Of a stretch of 64,000 bases of DNA, positions 10,308-20,395 are shown piece by piece. The notes under the pieces were generated by a model. The model saw only the letters and a program-made list of their open reading frames with translations, ran no database searches and was not told the DNA's origin. Source of the DNA: Candidatus Hydrogenedentota bacterium (lineage in GTDB: Bacteria; Hydrogenedentota; Hydrogenedentia; Hydrogenedentales; G963678445); NCBI GenBank assembly GCA_963678445.1, contig OY782877.1, positions 3,178,503 to 3,242,502 on the forward strand, given 5' to 3'. A program made the translations under genes and the position numbers. The stretch's first letter is position 1. The number at the start of each line of letters is the position of its first letter.

Positions 10308-10664
10308 TCATGTACTCCTTCTTGGGTTGGCAAAGGGCTTACCCATTTACTACGTTGTTGTGCCGAAACGCTAATCCTTGACGGCCCTTGAATGGGTATA
10401 GTTGCCTTTCGTTGCGGCACATAATATACCATTTGGTACTATTGATTCAACAAAAAGTGGTTTTTATGGCTTTTTTTTGTTTTTTGTTTACAAAAAATAC
10501 AAAAATGTAAGTTTTAGGTTGGGTGGAGGAGTCAGTTTCTTTATGGTAGCTTTTGAAGAATCTATCCCTAAAAAGTGGGAAAGACTTGATTCTTGTGTTG
10601 TGGTGGTGTTGAATACGCAAAGGAAGTAGTGAGTGATTTATATACAGTACACGGGAGGATGCAT

Positions 10665-11615
10665 ATGAAAGCATTGGTGTTTGATGGGGAATTACGCGTT
10701 TGTGAGATGCCAATGCCGGTGCCTGCCAAGGGGGAAGCCCTGATCAAGGTGGTTGCTGCAGGGGTGTGCAATACTGATATTGAGATTAACCGGGGCTATA
10801 TGGGCTTTCAGGGGGTGTTGGGCCACGAATTTGTAGGAATCGTTGAAGAGGCGGAGAATACGCAGTGGGTTGGGAAGCGGGTCGTGGGGGAAATCAACTG
10901 TGTCTGCCATCAATGTGCCTATTGCAAAATGGAGATGCCGCATCATTGCCTCAATCGAACTACGCTGGGAATTGCGGGACGAAATGGGGCTTTTGCAGAA
11001 TATGTTGCCCTGCCAGAGGAGAATCTGCATTTAGCTCCCGCTTCGATTCGCGATGACGTGGCGGTGTTTACCGAACCTGTTGCCGCAGCCTTTCGTATTG
11101 TTGAACAACTCAGTATCAGGCAGGGGGAGCGTATTGTTGTTTTGGGCGATGGTAAATTGGGGCAATTGGTCGCGCAGACGTTGTGGCTGTATTCGAAGAA
11201 CCTGATTTGCGTGGGAAAGCACCGCTGGAAATTGGAATTGCTCAAAGAGCTGGGCATTTCGACAGCGCTGCTTGATGAACCTTTGGAAGCGGGAGCGGAT
11301 ATTGTGGTTGAGGCGACAGGTGCGCCTTCGGGGCTGACTCGTGCACTTGAACTGGTGCGTCCGGAGGGAACGGTGGTGTTAAAAACCACCGTTGCAGAAT
11401 CCGCCCCCCTCTCGCTTAGTATTCCAGTGGTGGTCAATGAAGTCACCCTGTTGGGGTCCCGTTGCGGTCCTTTCCGGCCTGCCCTCGAAGCCCTTTCCAT
11501 GGGGAATATCGAGGTGCGTCCGATGATTTCCGAGGCATACGCCTTGGCTGATGGCGTGCACGCCATGGAGCGTGCGGAAGCGCCCGAGGTGATGAAAGTG
11601 CTACTGCATATGTAA
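10665..11615 (+). CDS. Zinc-dependent alcohol dehydrogenase (MDR family)
   Basis: Start re-assigned to MKALVF with RBS gggagg. Catalytic Zn motif GVCNTDIEI...GHEFVG, structural Zn cysteines CVCHQCAYC, NAD Rossmann fold VLGDGKLG. Confidence 0.85.
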   Translation: MKALVFDGELRVCEMPMPVPAKGEALIKVVAAGVCNTDIEINRGYMGFQGVLGHEFVGIVEEAENTQWVGKRVVGEINCVCHQCAYCKMEMPHHCLNRTTLGIAGRNGAFAEYVALPEENLHLAPASIRDDVAVFTEPVAAAFRIVEQLSIRQGERIVVLGDGKLGQLVAQTLWLYSKNLICVGKHRWKLELLKELGISTALLDEPLEAGADIVVEATGAPSGLTRALELVRPEGTVVLKTTVAESAPLSLSIPVVVNEVTLLGSRCGPFRPALEALSMGNIEVRPMISEAYALADGVHAMERAEAPEVMKVLLHM

Positions 11616-11649
11616 CTGCGTTCCCATAGACTCAAGGAAGGAGCTTCTC

Positions 11650-12483
11650 ATGAAAGTTGGCATGTTGACGACCCCGTTTGAAAAGGAAAGTTTTGAAACG
11701 GTGCTTGATTTTGCAGAGGCGGCGTCCATTTCCTGCCTTGAGGTGATCGCGCATCCTGGCAGTAAGCATATTGATGCTACCAGGCTGACGGCTGCAGCAG
11801 CCCGCGAGATACAGCGGGCGTTGGAAGATCGTATGCTGGAGATTAGTGCGCTCACCTATTACACCTGCGATATTTCCGTGCCTCAAAAAATCAGAACGGT
11901 GCAGACAACCGCAAAAAAGGTCATTGACGCTGCCGCGCGGCTGAATGTGCCCACCGTGTGTATGCTGGCTGGCTTTCCAGCCCCGGGAATGAGTAAGCAC
12001 GAAACCATTGAAAAGATTTTACCCAAAGCCTTTAAGCCCATCCTGGCCCATGCGCGAAAGAAGAATGTGGCTATTGCCCTGGAGAATTGGTTTGAGACCT
12101 GCCTGCAAGGGCTGGATACGTTTGAAGCGCTGTTTCAGGGCATTCCGGATGAGAATTTCGGGCTTAATTATGACCCTTCCCATCTCTACCACCAGCAATG
12201 CGACCACCTGATTCCTGTATCGCTTTTTAAGGAGCGCATTTTCCATGTGCACGCCAAAGACACCCTTGTCGATCATGCCAAACGGGCGAAAATGGGTATT
12301 TATGCACCCGGTTGGTGGCGGTATGTGATTCCCGGTTTCGGCAACATCAATTGGGGTGAATTTATTACCCATCTACGTATGAATGGATACGATGGGGTTC
12401 TTAGCATTGAACATGAGGACAGCACGCAAACGCGTGAAGAGGGATTTTTGCGGGGTGCCTGGCATTTGGAACAATTCTGCTAG
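11650..12483 (+). CDS. Sugar phosphate isomerase/epimerase (xylose-isomerase-like TIM barrel)
   Basis: RBS aaggaaggag. Typical AP-endonuclease-2/xylose-isomerase-like TIM barrel layout with HxKD (HVHAKD) and a SIEHED end motif. Confidence 0.75.
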   Translation: MKVGMLTTPFEKESFETVLDFAEAASISCLEVIAHPGSKHIDATRLTAAAAREIQRALEDRMLEISALTYYTCDISVPQKIRTVQTTAKKVIDAAARLNVPTVCMLAGFPAPGMSKHETIEKILPKAFKPILAHARKKNVAIALENWFETCLQGLDTFEALFQGIPDENFGLNYDPSHLYHQQCDHLIPVSLFKERIFHVHAKDTLVDHAKRAKMGIYAPGWWRYVIPGFGNINWGEFITHLRMNGYDGVLSIEHEDSTQTREEGFLRGAWHLEQFC

Positions 12484-12558
12484 CAGTATCCTGTTTTTAC
12501 AATGCGGAATGTATGAATTTCTTCCTTTAAGGGAAAGACAATAGAGATTGGAGTAACG

Positions 12559-13281
12559 ATGAGTAGCAGTGGTGTTGAGGCTGGCTTTGAGCAGTGGAAC
12601 GTATTTGAAAAGTTGCGTGAAAATAACCGCATGTACCATAACGAGGTGTATCAAACCCTTGCGAGTGTACTGCAGGAGCGTAGCCATCCCGAATTGCGTA
12701 TGTTAGACTTGGGATGCGCGGATGCGAGTGATATCGCGCGTGTGCTTGCGCCGTGTACGATTGCGGAATATATCGGTATCGACAATGTTCCAGCAGTACT
12801 CGACCAGGCGCGTGCCAATCTCGCATCGCTTTCCTGTCAGCAACGATTCATCGACGGCGACTATTTAACGGGTTTGGAACGAGTGGCAGGTCCTATAGAC
12901 GTTATCTGGCTTGGTCTGTTCCTTCACCATCTTTCCAGCGCACAAAAACGGGATTTCTTCCAGCGTGCAATTCAGTTGCTGTCCCCCGACGGCATTCTGC
13001 TGACCCATGATCCGATTCTGGAAGCTAACGAGAGCCAGGAAGCGTTTCTCGAGCGCATTGCCGGAAGAGCTAAAGCATACTGGGAGGAGTTTTCCCCCAC
13101 AGAACAAGAAGTGCTTTTCCGTCATTGGTCCCACCACGGCCATCAGGAATCCTGCGCATCGCTCAAAGAGATGGCCCTCGAAGCCGGTTTTGAACAGATG
13201 GAAACCCTGTGGCGTTCTCCGGATAACGTGTATGCGCTACTGGCCTTTTATCCTTCTTTTTCAGGAAAGGATGACGAATAA
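12559..13281 (+). CDS. Class I SAM-dependent methyltransferase
   Basis: Motif I LDLGCADAS, Rossmann-like fold, 240 aa. Confidence 0.7.
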   Translation: MSSSGVEAGFEQWNVFEKLRENNRMYHNEVYQTLASVLQERSHPELRMLDLGCADASDIARVLAPCTIAEYIGIDNVPAVLDQARANLASLSCQQRFIDGDYLTGLERVAGPIDVIWLGLFLHHLSSAQKRDFFQRAIQLLSPDGILLTHDPILEANESQEAFLERIAGRAKAYWEEFSPTEQEVLFRHWSHHGHQESCASLKEMALEAGFEQMETLWRSPDNVYALLAFYPSFSGKDDE

Positions 13282-13356
13282 TATAGTTCTCATGGTGGTA
13301 AACAAATTGGGCTGTTTTTACGATACCGCAGCAAGTTATTTATGAGTGCGTTATCA

Positions 13357-13458
13357 CTAAAGTGGTCCAGGGACCACAGCCAAAATGTATGCTCCTTGAC
13401 GTGCGTGGCCGCAGTGGAAAATTTGTTTTTTATGACAGCTTTTCAGAATTAAGTTACT
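13357..13458. repeat. REP/MITE-like repeat, copy D
   Basis: ctaaagtggtccagggaccacagcc...atgctccttgacg...ttttttatgacagcttttcagaatt. Confidence 0.8.
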
Positions 13459-13480
13459 AAAAGATGGGGAGTTACTTTGA

Positions 13481-14788
13481 ATGAATGCTGTTTCGATGAA
13501 ATTGCCCAAGGCGATAATTCAGGATGATCCGTGGGCGGATGACGTATTAGAGCGGAAACAAATTGCGGAAGCGCTTACCAACATGCTTGCGCATGAAAAG
13601 AATGCGCTGGTCGTTAGCCTGAGTGGAAGCTGGGGGACGGGTAAAACTTTTTTACTCGAACGATGGCAAGCCGAGTTGGAAAAGGCGAAACGGAAAGCCA
13701 TCTATTTTAATGCATGGGAAGACGATTATTGTGGCGATCCACTGGTCGCAATCATAGGCCAAATTTGGCACTCCCTGAAAGGTTCTGATTGGAAGGAGAT
13801 AAAAGAATCTATCAAAGAGACGGCAATGCCTTTGTTTCGGAAGACAGTATTCAACGGACTCAGAACCATTACCCAAGGTGTTGTTGATTTGGATGAAGCA
13901 TCATTAAAATCGATAGCTGAACACGCCTTTGATGAATATATAAAGGAACGTAACCCAAAGGACAATCTCAAGAAACATCTTGCCGAAATGGCAGAAAAGG
14001 TGTTTGAGGATACGGGCTTTCCTCTGGTCTTTATCGTCGATGAACTGGATCGGTGTCGCCCTACCTTTGCCATTGAAGTGCTTGAACGTATCAAACATAT
14101 TTTTGACATTCCCCATATGGTTTTTGTGCTTGGCATTGACCGTAACCAACTCGCTTCCTGCATCCGGGCAGTATATGGAGATATAGATGTAGACGGATAT
14201 TTGCGTCGCTTTTTTGATTTTGAATTCACTCTTCCGCCTGCGAATGTAGAGGTTTTTTGTAAGCACTTGATGAAAAGACATGATTTGCCTGGTTATTTTC
14301 AGGAACTGGGCAAGACGGGAAAAAAAGGGTGGGCCCAAACTGCATGCGCTGGATTTGAGGAGTTTCTACCAAGTTTTTTTAATTGTTTTTCCCCCTCCTT
14401 AAGAGATATTGAACATCTTATTCGTATGTTTTTCTTTACCGTAAAAAACATGGATAGCTACAATGAAATTTATCCTGAAATTATTTCTCTTTTGCTTATT
14501 CTGCGGATAAAGAATTATTCATTATATCTTCAATATATACATGGTAAGTGTTTGCCAAAAGATATTTTAAACTATGTTACTGATTTTTTGGGGAATACAA
14601 AATTCTCTTCGCGTCACGATTTACTAGCAAAGTTTGAATCGTTTATATGCGAAAGCTTTCCAGACAGTGCAGCTTCTAATGATGAGGGATATCAAAGATA
14701 CGATGCTCTTTATCGGGATGTCCGCCGCGAAGTTGTGTTGCTGCATGAAAATATGGAACTAGCTTCTTTGATACAGAAAAAGTCTTGA
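13481..14788 (+). CDS. KAP-family P-loop NTPase
   Basis: Walker A LSGSWGTGKTF and Walker B FIVDELDRC, matching the KAP NTPase pattern. The 3' half of the gene is markedly AT-rich compared with its neighbours. Confidence 0.75.
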   Translation: MNAVSMKLPKAIIQDDPWADDVLERKQIAEALTNMLAHEKNALVVSLSGSWGTGKTFLLERWQAELEKAKRKAIYFNAWEDDYCGDPLVAIIGQIWHSLKGSDWKEIKESIKETAMPLFRKTVFNGLRTITQGVVDLDEASLKSIAEHAFDEYIKERNPKDNLKKHLAEMAEKVFEDTGFPLVFIVDELDRCRPTFAIEVLERIKHIFDIPHMVFVLGIDRNQLASCIRAVYGDIDVDGYLRRFFDFEFTLPPANVEVFCKHLMKRHDLPGYFQELGKTGKKGWAQTACAGFEEFLPSFFNCFSPSLRDIEHLIRMFFFTVKNMDSYNEIYPEIISLLLILRIKNYSLYLQYIHGKCLPKDILNYVTDFLGNTKFSSRHDLLAKFESFICESFPDSAASNDEGYQRYDALYRDVRREVVLLHENMELASLIQKKS

Positions 14789-14867
14789 TGATGGTATGGA
14801 AGCGCGATTTTTAAAAAATAGTCAATAAATTAAATTATATGGTGGGCGAGTTTTCTATGCTGGGCTT

Positions 14868-15695
14868 TTATGTCGTCGGGGTGAGGGATTGGTGGTGGGC
14901 GATGAGGCGTTGGAGGCTGCGGTAGTGGGTGGGGAGTTTTTGGAGGATGGCGCGGTAGCGGGGAATGGCTTTTTCGGGGTGTTGGTTGAGTTCCAGTTCG
15001 AGGGCGGCGAAGAAGTCGAGGTCGGCGTTCTGCGCGTTTTTTTTGCGGGCGTTGTCGAAGGCTTTGAAGGCTTCGCGCCAGAGTCCTATCTGGAACAGGC
15101 GTTGTCCGTTGCGCTGGTGTTCTATTGCGTTTTTAGGGGCGGGGCTCAATATGTCTTCGTAGATTTTTTGGCGTAGTTCGGGGTAGTGGCTCCAGTAGCG
15201 CGTGAAGCAATCCTGTGCTTTTAGCAGTTCGCCTTTTTCGAGGTGGAGCTGTCCGAGCCAGTGCAGGGCGGTAATTTCTCCATTTTCAGCGCCTTTTTGA
15301 AAATTCTTTTGGGCTTCCTGGGGTTGGGCGCTGTAGAGTGCGAGTTGTCCGTGTGCGGTTTTGGAGAGGGTGATTTTGTGTTGCAGCAGCAGCTCGTGGA
15401 GGCGTAGCTGGATGTTGGGCAGGGAAAGCAAGTTGTCTGCGAAGGTGTTGATTACGTCTTCGGCAATGCTGGCGTCGGTGGCCAGGGCGCGTTCAAGGGT
15501 GCGTTGGCATTCGAAGAGGGCGTTTTGCTGAAAGCTGGTATGGGCCTGTTGGAGGAGTGTGTCTGCGTCGTGGCGACGGGTAAGGGCGGTGCCGTATTGG
15601 CGCATGAGGGTGAGGGCCAGCAGGGCGCAGAGGGTGATGAGAACCAGCAGGGCGATGTTGTAGGCGATGTAACGTTGTAGTTTGCCGAAGCGCAT
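14868..15695 (-). CDS. Membrane-anchored TPR-repeat protein
   Basis: N-terminal TM helix, then TPR-like repeats (ALHWLGQLHLEKGELLKAQDCF...). Last gene of the minus-strand polysaccharide block. Confidence 0.5.
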   Translation of the reverse strand: MRFGKLQRYIAYNIALLVLITLCALLALTLMRQYGTALTRRHDADTLLQQAHTSFQQNALFECQRTLERALATDASIAEDVINTFADNLLSLPNIQLRLHELLLQHKITLSKTAHGQLALYSAQPQEAQKNFQKGAENGEITALHWLGQLHLEKGELLKAQDCFTRYWSHYPELRQKIYEDILSPAPKNAIEHQRNGQRLFQIGLWREAFKAFDNARKKNAQNADLDFFAALELELNQHPEKAIPRYRAILQKLPTHYRSLQRLIAHHQSLTPTT

Positions 15696-15705
15696 GCAGG
15701 GATTC

Positions 15706-17349
15706 CTAAAAACTTTGGTCTATTTTGAGGATGACGGGGATGGTTTTGAGTAGTATTTTGATGTCGAACCAAAGGGACCATTGTTCGATGTACATGATGT
15801 CGAGCTTGACCATTTCGTCGAAGGAAAGGCGGTTGCGTCCGCTTACCTGCCATAGTCCGGTGATACCGGGCCGAATGAGCAGGCGTTTGTTGTGCCAGTC
15901 TTTGTATTCGTCCACCTCGTATTGAATGGGGGGACGGGGACCGACCAGACTCATGTCGCCGCGTAGTGCGTTGAAAAGCTGGGGAAGCTCGTCGATGCTG
16001 GTTTTGCGGATGAAGTGTCCCAGTTTGGTGATGCGTGGGTCGTTGGTGATTTTGTAAATCGGATTGCCGTTTTCGTCTACTTCGTGTTCTTTATCGCCCT
16101 GGATGAGCTGTTGTACGTAGGCTTTGTGTTTTTCTACGTTGGCTTTGCTGTCGGCGTCGGAACGCATGGAGCGGAATTTAAACATGCGGAAGATACGGCC
16201 ATTTAAGCCGACGCGTTCTTGTACGAAGAATATGGGGCCGGGTGAGTCGAGTTTGATGAGGATGGCGAAGAGGATCATGATGGGGGACAGGAGCATCAGG
16301 GCGGTGAAGGAAGCGGCGATGTCCATGGCGCGTTTGAGGATTTGGGGCCAGGTAGCGTAGAGGCCCAGGTTTTGTACGTGTAGTAATGAGACGTCGCCGA
16401 TTTGTTCGGGGCGTGCGCTGGTACGGAAGAAGGGTTGGAAGGGGGTGAGCATTTTCAGGGCTGCGCCCATCTGCCAGCAGGTTTGTGCTACGTCGAGGCG
16501 TTGGTCTGTGGACAGAACGCCGGGGTCAAGGGCCAGGATGATTTCATCCAGGTTGTGGGTATTGATGAGTTTTTTGAGGCTGTCGAGTGCGCCGAGTGGG
16601 GCGGGGATATTGGAGGGATTCTTTTTGGTGTGTTTGTCCTGCAATGGAATTTCGCCGATCAGGTTGTATTCTGAAGTGGGGGATTGCAGGGCATGGTACA
16701 ACGCGTTGGGACGTTGGTCGTGGTAGACCACGGCGACGCGGGTACGGGCAATGCCGAAGGCGCGTAAGCATAGCAAGAGGATGAGTGTGGCGGCGTGGTA
16801 GATGAGTACGCCGAAGAAGACGAGTGCGTTCTGGTACATAAAGAACAGCGAGGGAAAACTGCGGACGGTGCTGGCGGATTGGGTGGTTTGGTAGGCGTGG
16901 GCCAGCATGAGCAGGATGGCAGTGCCGGTCAGGGCCCCTTTGAATATGGTCCATGTGGCGCCAAAGGGACGGGTGTCGCCGATGTTGGGGCGGTAGAGTT
17001 GAAGCCAGTGGAAAATGAGCAGGTGGATTACGGGTGACAACAAAAACAGGGGCAGAAATGAGGCAAATTCAGGGCTGCGTAATACTTGGTAGAAAAGGGG
17101 GAACAGGGTAAGGGGGGTCTTGTGTACTTGCCCTAGAGATTCGGGCCAACTTTGATACATGAGGAAGGCGAGGAGTATGGCGAGCGCACAGATAACGCCT
17201 TCGCCCATAGCCTGCAAAGCGACCAGATAAAGGCGAATACGCCCCCGCCCCCAACTCATTACCCATGAGGAGGGGTCCAGGTTTACGGATTCCTGTGTTG
17301 GGGCCATCGATGTATCCAGGCGGGCCCCCTGTTGCAGTTTACTTGCCAT
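15706..17349 (-). CDS. Polyprenyl glycosylphosphotransferase (WbaP/WcaJ/EpsB-type initiating sugar transferase)
   Basis: Multi-TM N-terminus plus the conserved C-terminal bacterial sugar transferase domain ([40 protein letters not shown]). Confidence 0.85.
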   Translation of the reverse strand: MASKLQQGARLDTSMAPTQESVNLDPSSWVMSWGRGRIRLYLVALQAMGEGVICALAILLAFLMYQSWPESLGQVHKTPLTLFPLFYQVLRSPEFASFLPLFLLSPVIHLLIFHWLQLYRPNIGDTRPFGATWTIFKGALTGTAILLMLAHAYQTTQSASTVRSFPSLFFMYQNALVFFGVLIYHAATLILLLCLRAFGIARTRVAVVYHDQRPNALYHALQSPTSEYNLIGEIPLQDKHTKKNPSNIPAPLGALDSLKKLINTHNLDEIILALDPGVLSTDQRLDVAQTCWQMGAALKMLTPFQPFFRTSARPEQIGDVSLLHVQNLGLYATWPQILKRAMDIAASFTALMLLSPIMILFAILIKLDSPGPIFFVQERVGLNGRIFRMFKFRSMRSDADSKANVEKHKAYVQQLIQGDKEHEVDENGNPIYKITNDPRITKLGHFIRKTSIDELPQLFNALRGDMSLVGPRPPIQYEVDEYKDWHNKRLLIRPGITGLWQVSGRNRLSFDEMVKLDIMYIEQWSLWFDIKILLKTIPVILKIDQSF

Positions 17350-17363
17350 AGTCCGCCTTGTTG

Positions 17364-18473
17364 TTACGATTGGCTTGCTTCAAAGTCATGGATCGCTGTA
17401 GCGACTTTTTGTACTTGCTCCTCGGTCAGCTCTGGATGCATTGGCAACGAAAGTAGTTTGTCGGCAATCTCAGATGTTATCGGGGCATTATCCGGTACCG
17501 TGCGCACATGAGCGTATGGTGCTTGCTTGTGGATAGGACGCGGGTAGTGTATGCCGCAGTAAATGTCCTGTTCTTTCAATGCCTGCATCAGCGCGTCGCG
17601 TTGTTCGTGTTGTACCACGAAGAGGTGCCACACCGATTCTGCATTCGGGGCCACTTTGGGCAGTACCAGACTGGTGTCTGCGAGAAGTTCCTGATAGCGT
17701 TTGGCAAAGTGGCTGCGTTTGGCGTTCCAGTCGTCCAGGTATTTCAGTTTCACTTTGAGCACAGCGGCCTGCATGCTGTGCAGGCGGCTGTTATGCCCGA
17801 TGACGGGGTGAATGTATTTTTCAGACTGGCCTACATCGCGATAAACGCGCACGGCTTCTGCGATCTGGTCGTCGTTGGTGACAACGGCGCCGCCTTCTCC
17901 ATAGGCCCCCAGGTTTTTGCCGGGATAAAAGCTGAAGCCGGCAGCGTCGCCCAAGGTGCCCGTCCGCTGACCGCGATAGGTAGCGCCGTGTGCTTGTGCC
18001 GCGTCTTCGAGGATTTTTAGCCCATGCTTTTCAGCCAGTGCCCGTATGGGTTCCATATCAACGGGTTGGCCATACAAATGCACTGGCATGATGCATTTGG
18101 TTTTGTCTGTAATGGCGGCTTCGATGAGGTCAACATTGATCGTATAGGTGCCGGGATCGATGTCGACCAATACGGGTGTGGCCCCTACGAGCGCAATGGC
18201 GTTGGTGGTGGCGATGAAGGTGTTAGCGACGGTGATGACTTCGTCCCCTGGTCCGATGCCGATCGCTTTGAGCGCCAGTATAAGCGCGTCTGCACCGGAA
18301 GCGACACCTACGCAGTGTTTAGCTCCACAGTAGTCGGCAAAGGCTTCCTCAAATTCGCGTACCGAGGGTCCCAGGACAAACGAGGCGGAACCCATAACCT
18401 TATCCAACTCTTCCTGGATTTCTGCCTGAATGCTTGCGTGTTGGCTGACCAAATCAACGAAGTTGACCTTCAT
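17364..18473 (-). CDS. DegT/DnrJ/EryC1/StrS-family PLP-dependent sugar aminotransferase
   Basis: Start re-assigned to MKVNFVDL. Family-typical fold and lysine region, 369 aa. Confidence 0.85.
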   Translation of the reverse strand: MKVNFVDLVSQHASIQAEIQEELDKVMGSASFVLGPSVREFEEAFADYCGAKHCVGVASGADALILALKAIGIGPGDEVITVANTFIATTNAIALVGATPVLVDIDPGTYTINVDLIEAAITDKTKCIMPVHLYGQPVDMEPIRALAEKHGLKILEDAAQAHGATYRGQRTGTLGDAAGFSFYPGKNLGAYGEGGAVVTNDDQIAEAVRVYRDVGQSEKYIHPVIGHNSRLHSMQAAVLKVKLKYLDDWNAKRSHFAKRYQELLADTSLVLPKVAPNAESVWHLFVVQHEQRDALMQALKEQDIYCGIHYPRPIHKQAPYAHVRTVPDNAPITSEIADKLLSLPMHPELTEEQVQKVATAIHDFEASQS

Positions 18474-18822
18474 GGGTAATCCTTCCACATTTGGGGCGGT
18501 CGGACCGCCCAAGGTAGCGCCGGATTGATACTATCCGGTGAATAGTTGTATTTGGGGTTTGGTTATTGAACGTTGGCATATTGTATTTCAAGGTGCCAGA
18601 AGTCAATTTCAGAAAAACGATGCGCGCCTGTTGTCGTTTTTTGCTTAGCTTAACCCCGTGTTTCTCCAAGCGCAGTATAGCCAATATAAGATCGCGCCTG
18701 CAAACCTTTTGATATGTTTTCTTGGGTGCTGAGGTCGGGTTAATGTAGCCGGAGGCTGTAAGACAAATGGGTAGCGCCACTGGATTATGGGGCCGCAGCA
18801 TCCTGCCCGCTGCAAACCTGTA

Positions 18823-19863
18823 TCAAGCACGCGGTGTAGTGGGGGCGGAGGGGGGCGCGTCCATGTATGTCTTGACCTGTTCTATACAGTTTTTCCAACG
18901 CAGTTTGTCTTGCTCGATATATTGTGCCATCTTGGCGACGAATTCGGAGGTGCGTTGGTGTGCGTCCTGGATTTTTGCTGCCAGATCCTCAGGGTCATGA
19001 TTGGTAAACAGACCGTATCCGTCAAATTCGAGTTGCACCACCCGCCAATGGGAGGCTACAAAGGGTTTGCTCAGCGCCAAGCATTCCCGGATAGACCATA
19101 GCAGGGTGTCGTCGCGCAGTGTCAACGTAAGTACTACGTCGCAGGCATCCATGAGTTTGAGGAAAACCGGACGGGGAAGCAGATCGGTCAGGATGACGTT
19201 GTCGGGGAGTTCAGGGAGAGGTTCTTGGAGTTTTTTTGGGTTTCCTGTGAGAAAAAAAGTTGTATCCGGCATGCGTTTGGCCGTATCAATCACCTGGAGA
19301 TAGGCGTCGTCCACAGCAAAGCGATTCACCATCAGCACATTTCGTTTGCGGGCCTGTAACGCTTTTTCCCACGGTGTGATGTCTGCAGAATCGTCGCAAA
19401 TTTCCTTCCGGGTAACGGCGGGCGATTTGAGCAGCGTCACATTACGGGCGCGCCAGTCTTGCAGTAATTCCTGGTTGGCTTCATTATGCGCCAGATTGAC
19501 CGTCGCGTTGCGACAGAGGGGGCGGTGTAACCAGTGGAAACGCTGCCAGCGTGGATCAATAAAAGAGGTGTGCATGTCGTTGGCATAGCGTGCGCCCCAT
19601 AGTTTGCAGTAAAGAGCAACCATGAGCGGTGCGAATACGGGCGGCACCTGAACGAATACTTGCTGGGGACGTATGCGGAAAAGATGGTATAGTGTGTGCA
19701 CGGTTTGCGCTGCGTAGCGTAGTGGTGTTGGCAAGGGTATGCCGAGGATGCGCTCAATATAGGAGTGGACCGCTTGTGCTTCTAAAGCGTCGCAGAGGCG
19801 CTGTCCACGACCGCTTCCCCCTTCTGGGGAACACCAGAATATAAAAACTTTTTTCAGAGCCAC
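18823..19863 (-). CDS. Putative glycosyltransferase/polysaccharide-modifying enzyme (family not resolved)
   Basis: 346-aa ORF at the head of the sugar-transferase/aminotransferase block. Rossmann-like alternation, no definitive motif recognised. Confidence 0.4.
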   Translation of the reverse strand: MALKKVFIFWCSPEGGSGRGQRLCDALEAQAVHSYIERILGIPLPTPLRYAAQTVHTLYHLFRIRPQQVFVQVPPVFAPLMVALYCKLWGARYANDMHTSFIDPRWQRFHWLHRPLCRNATVNLAHNEANQELLQDWRARNVTLLKSPAVTRKEICDDSADITPWEKALQARKRNVLMVNRFAVDDAYLQVIDTAKRMPDTTFFLTGNPKKLQEPLPELPDNVILTDLLPRPVFLKLMDACDVVLTLTLRDDTLLWSIRECLALSKPFVASHWRVVQLEFDGYGLFTNHDPEDLAAKIQDAHQRTSEFVAKMAQYIEQDKLRWKNCIEQVKTYMDAPPSAPTTPRA

Positions 19864-19889
19864 GACAGTAAAACGCTTTCCGTTTGAAA

Positions 19890-20075
19890 CACCAAGTGGT
19901 CAGCGACGGTAAGAACTCTATCTATTGCCTGCGGTCGCTGGACCGTAATATTAGTAACTTAAATTCCAAGAAGTTGTCATGAGTTGTCATAAAAACGAAA
20001 TTTTTGCTGTGGTCAGGGATGGTAAGGACCATATCTCCTGGGTGTGGCCCTGGCCACCTTGTGGTCGCTGGACCA
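19890..20075. repeat. REP/MITE-like repeats, copy E: one interrupted unit plus one full unit
   Basis: gtggtcagcgac at 19896-19907 and gtcgctggaccg at 19934-19945 flank a 26-nt insert. Then a full unit 19984-20075: gtcataaaaacgaaatttttgctgtggtcagggatggtaaggaccatatctcctgggtgtggccctggccaccttgtggtcgctggaccactttagtgac. Confidence 0.8.
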
Positions 20076-20240
20076 CTTTAGTGACTACCGCTGTTTTCGC
20101 AGAGGAATACCCTCCCCTGGCTTTGCTATAGTCGAGGGCGACGCGTCCCGCGTCATTCCACTATTTTGCAAGTAGTATACAGATTTATACAGCCCTAACG
20201 GTACCCCATTATGCTATACGAAATGGCATATTGCGTGCCG

Positions 20241-20363
20241 TAGTGACTGAAATCTGAAAAGCTGTCATAAAAAACGACATTTTTGCGGTGGTCAGGGAAG
20301 GCAAGGACCATATTTCTTGGGTGTGGCACTGGCCACCTTGTGGTCACTGGACCGCTTTAGTAG
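20241..20363. repeat. REP/MITE-like repeat, copy F (full length, both palindromes)
   Basis: agtgactgaaatctgaaaagctgtcataaaaaacgacatttttgcggtggtcagggaaggcaaggaccatatttcttgggtgtggcactggccaccttgtggtcactggaccgctttagtag. The ORF-caller N-terminal extension of the next gene runs through it. Confidence 0.85.
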
Positions 20364-20395
20364 GTTTGGCGTTTTCAGACGTCAGGATAGGAAAG

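Noticed and set aside
10402-10629. 75-aa ORF in the AT-rich spacer upstream of the alcohol dehydrogenase.
   Set aside because: Low-complexity product (FFLFFVYKKYK) from a poly-T/poly-A tract. More likely a promoter or UTR region than a gene.
20288-20395. ORF-caller N-terminal extension of the U32 peptidase (MVREGKDHISWVWHWPPCGHW...).
   Set aside because: The extension is the translation of a REP/MITE-like repeat copy (gtggtcagggaaggcaaggacc...gtggtcactggacc). The conserved U32 N-terminus MNRKPELLAPAGDW starts at 20396 with an upstream RBS-like aggatagg.
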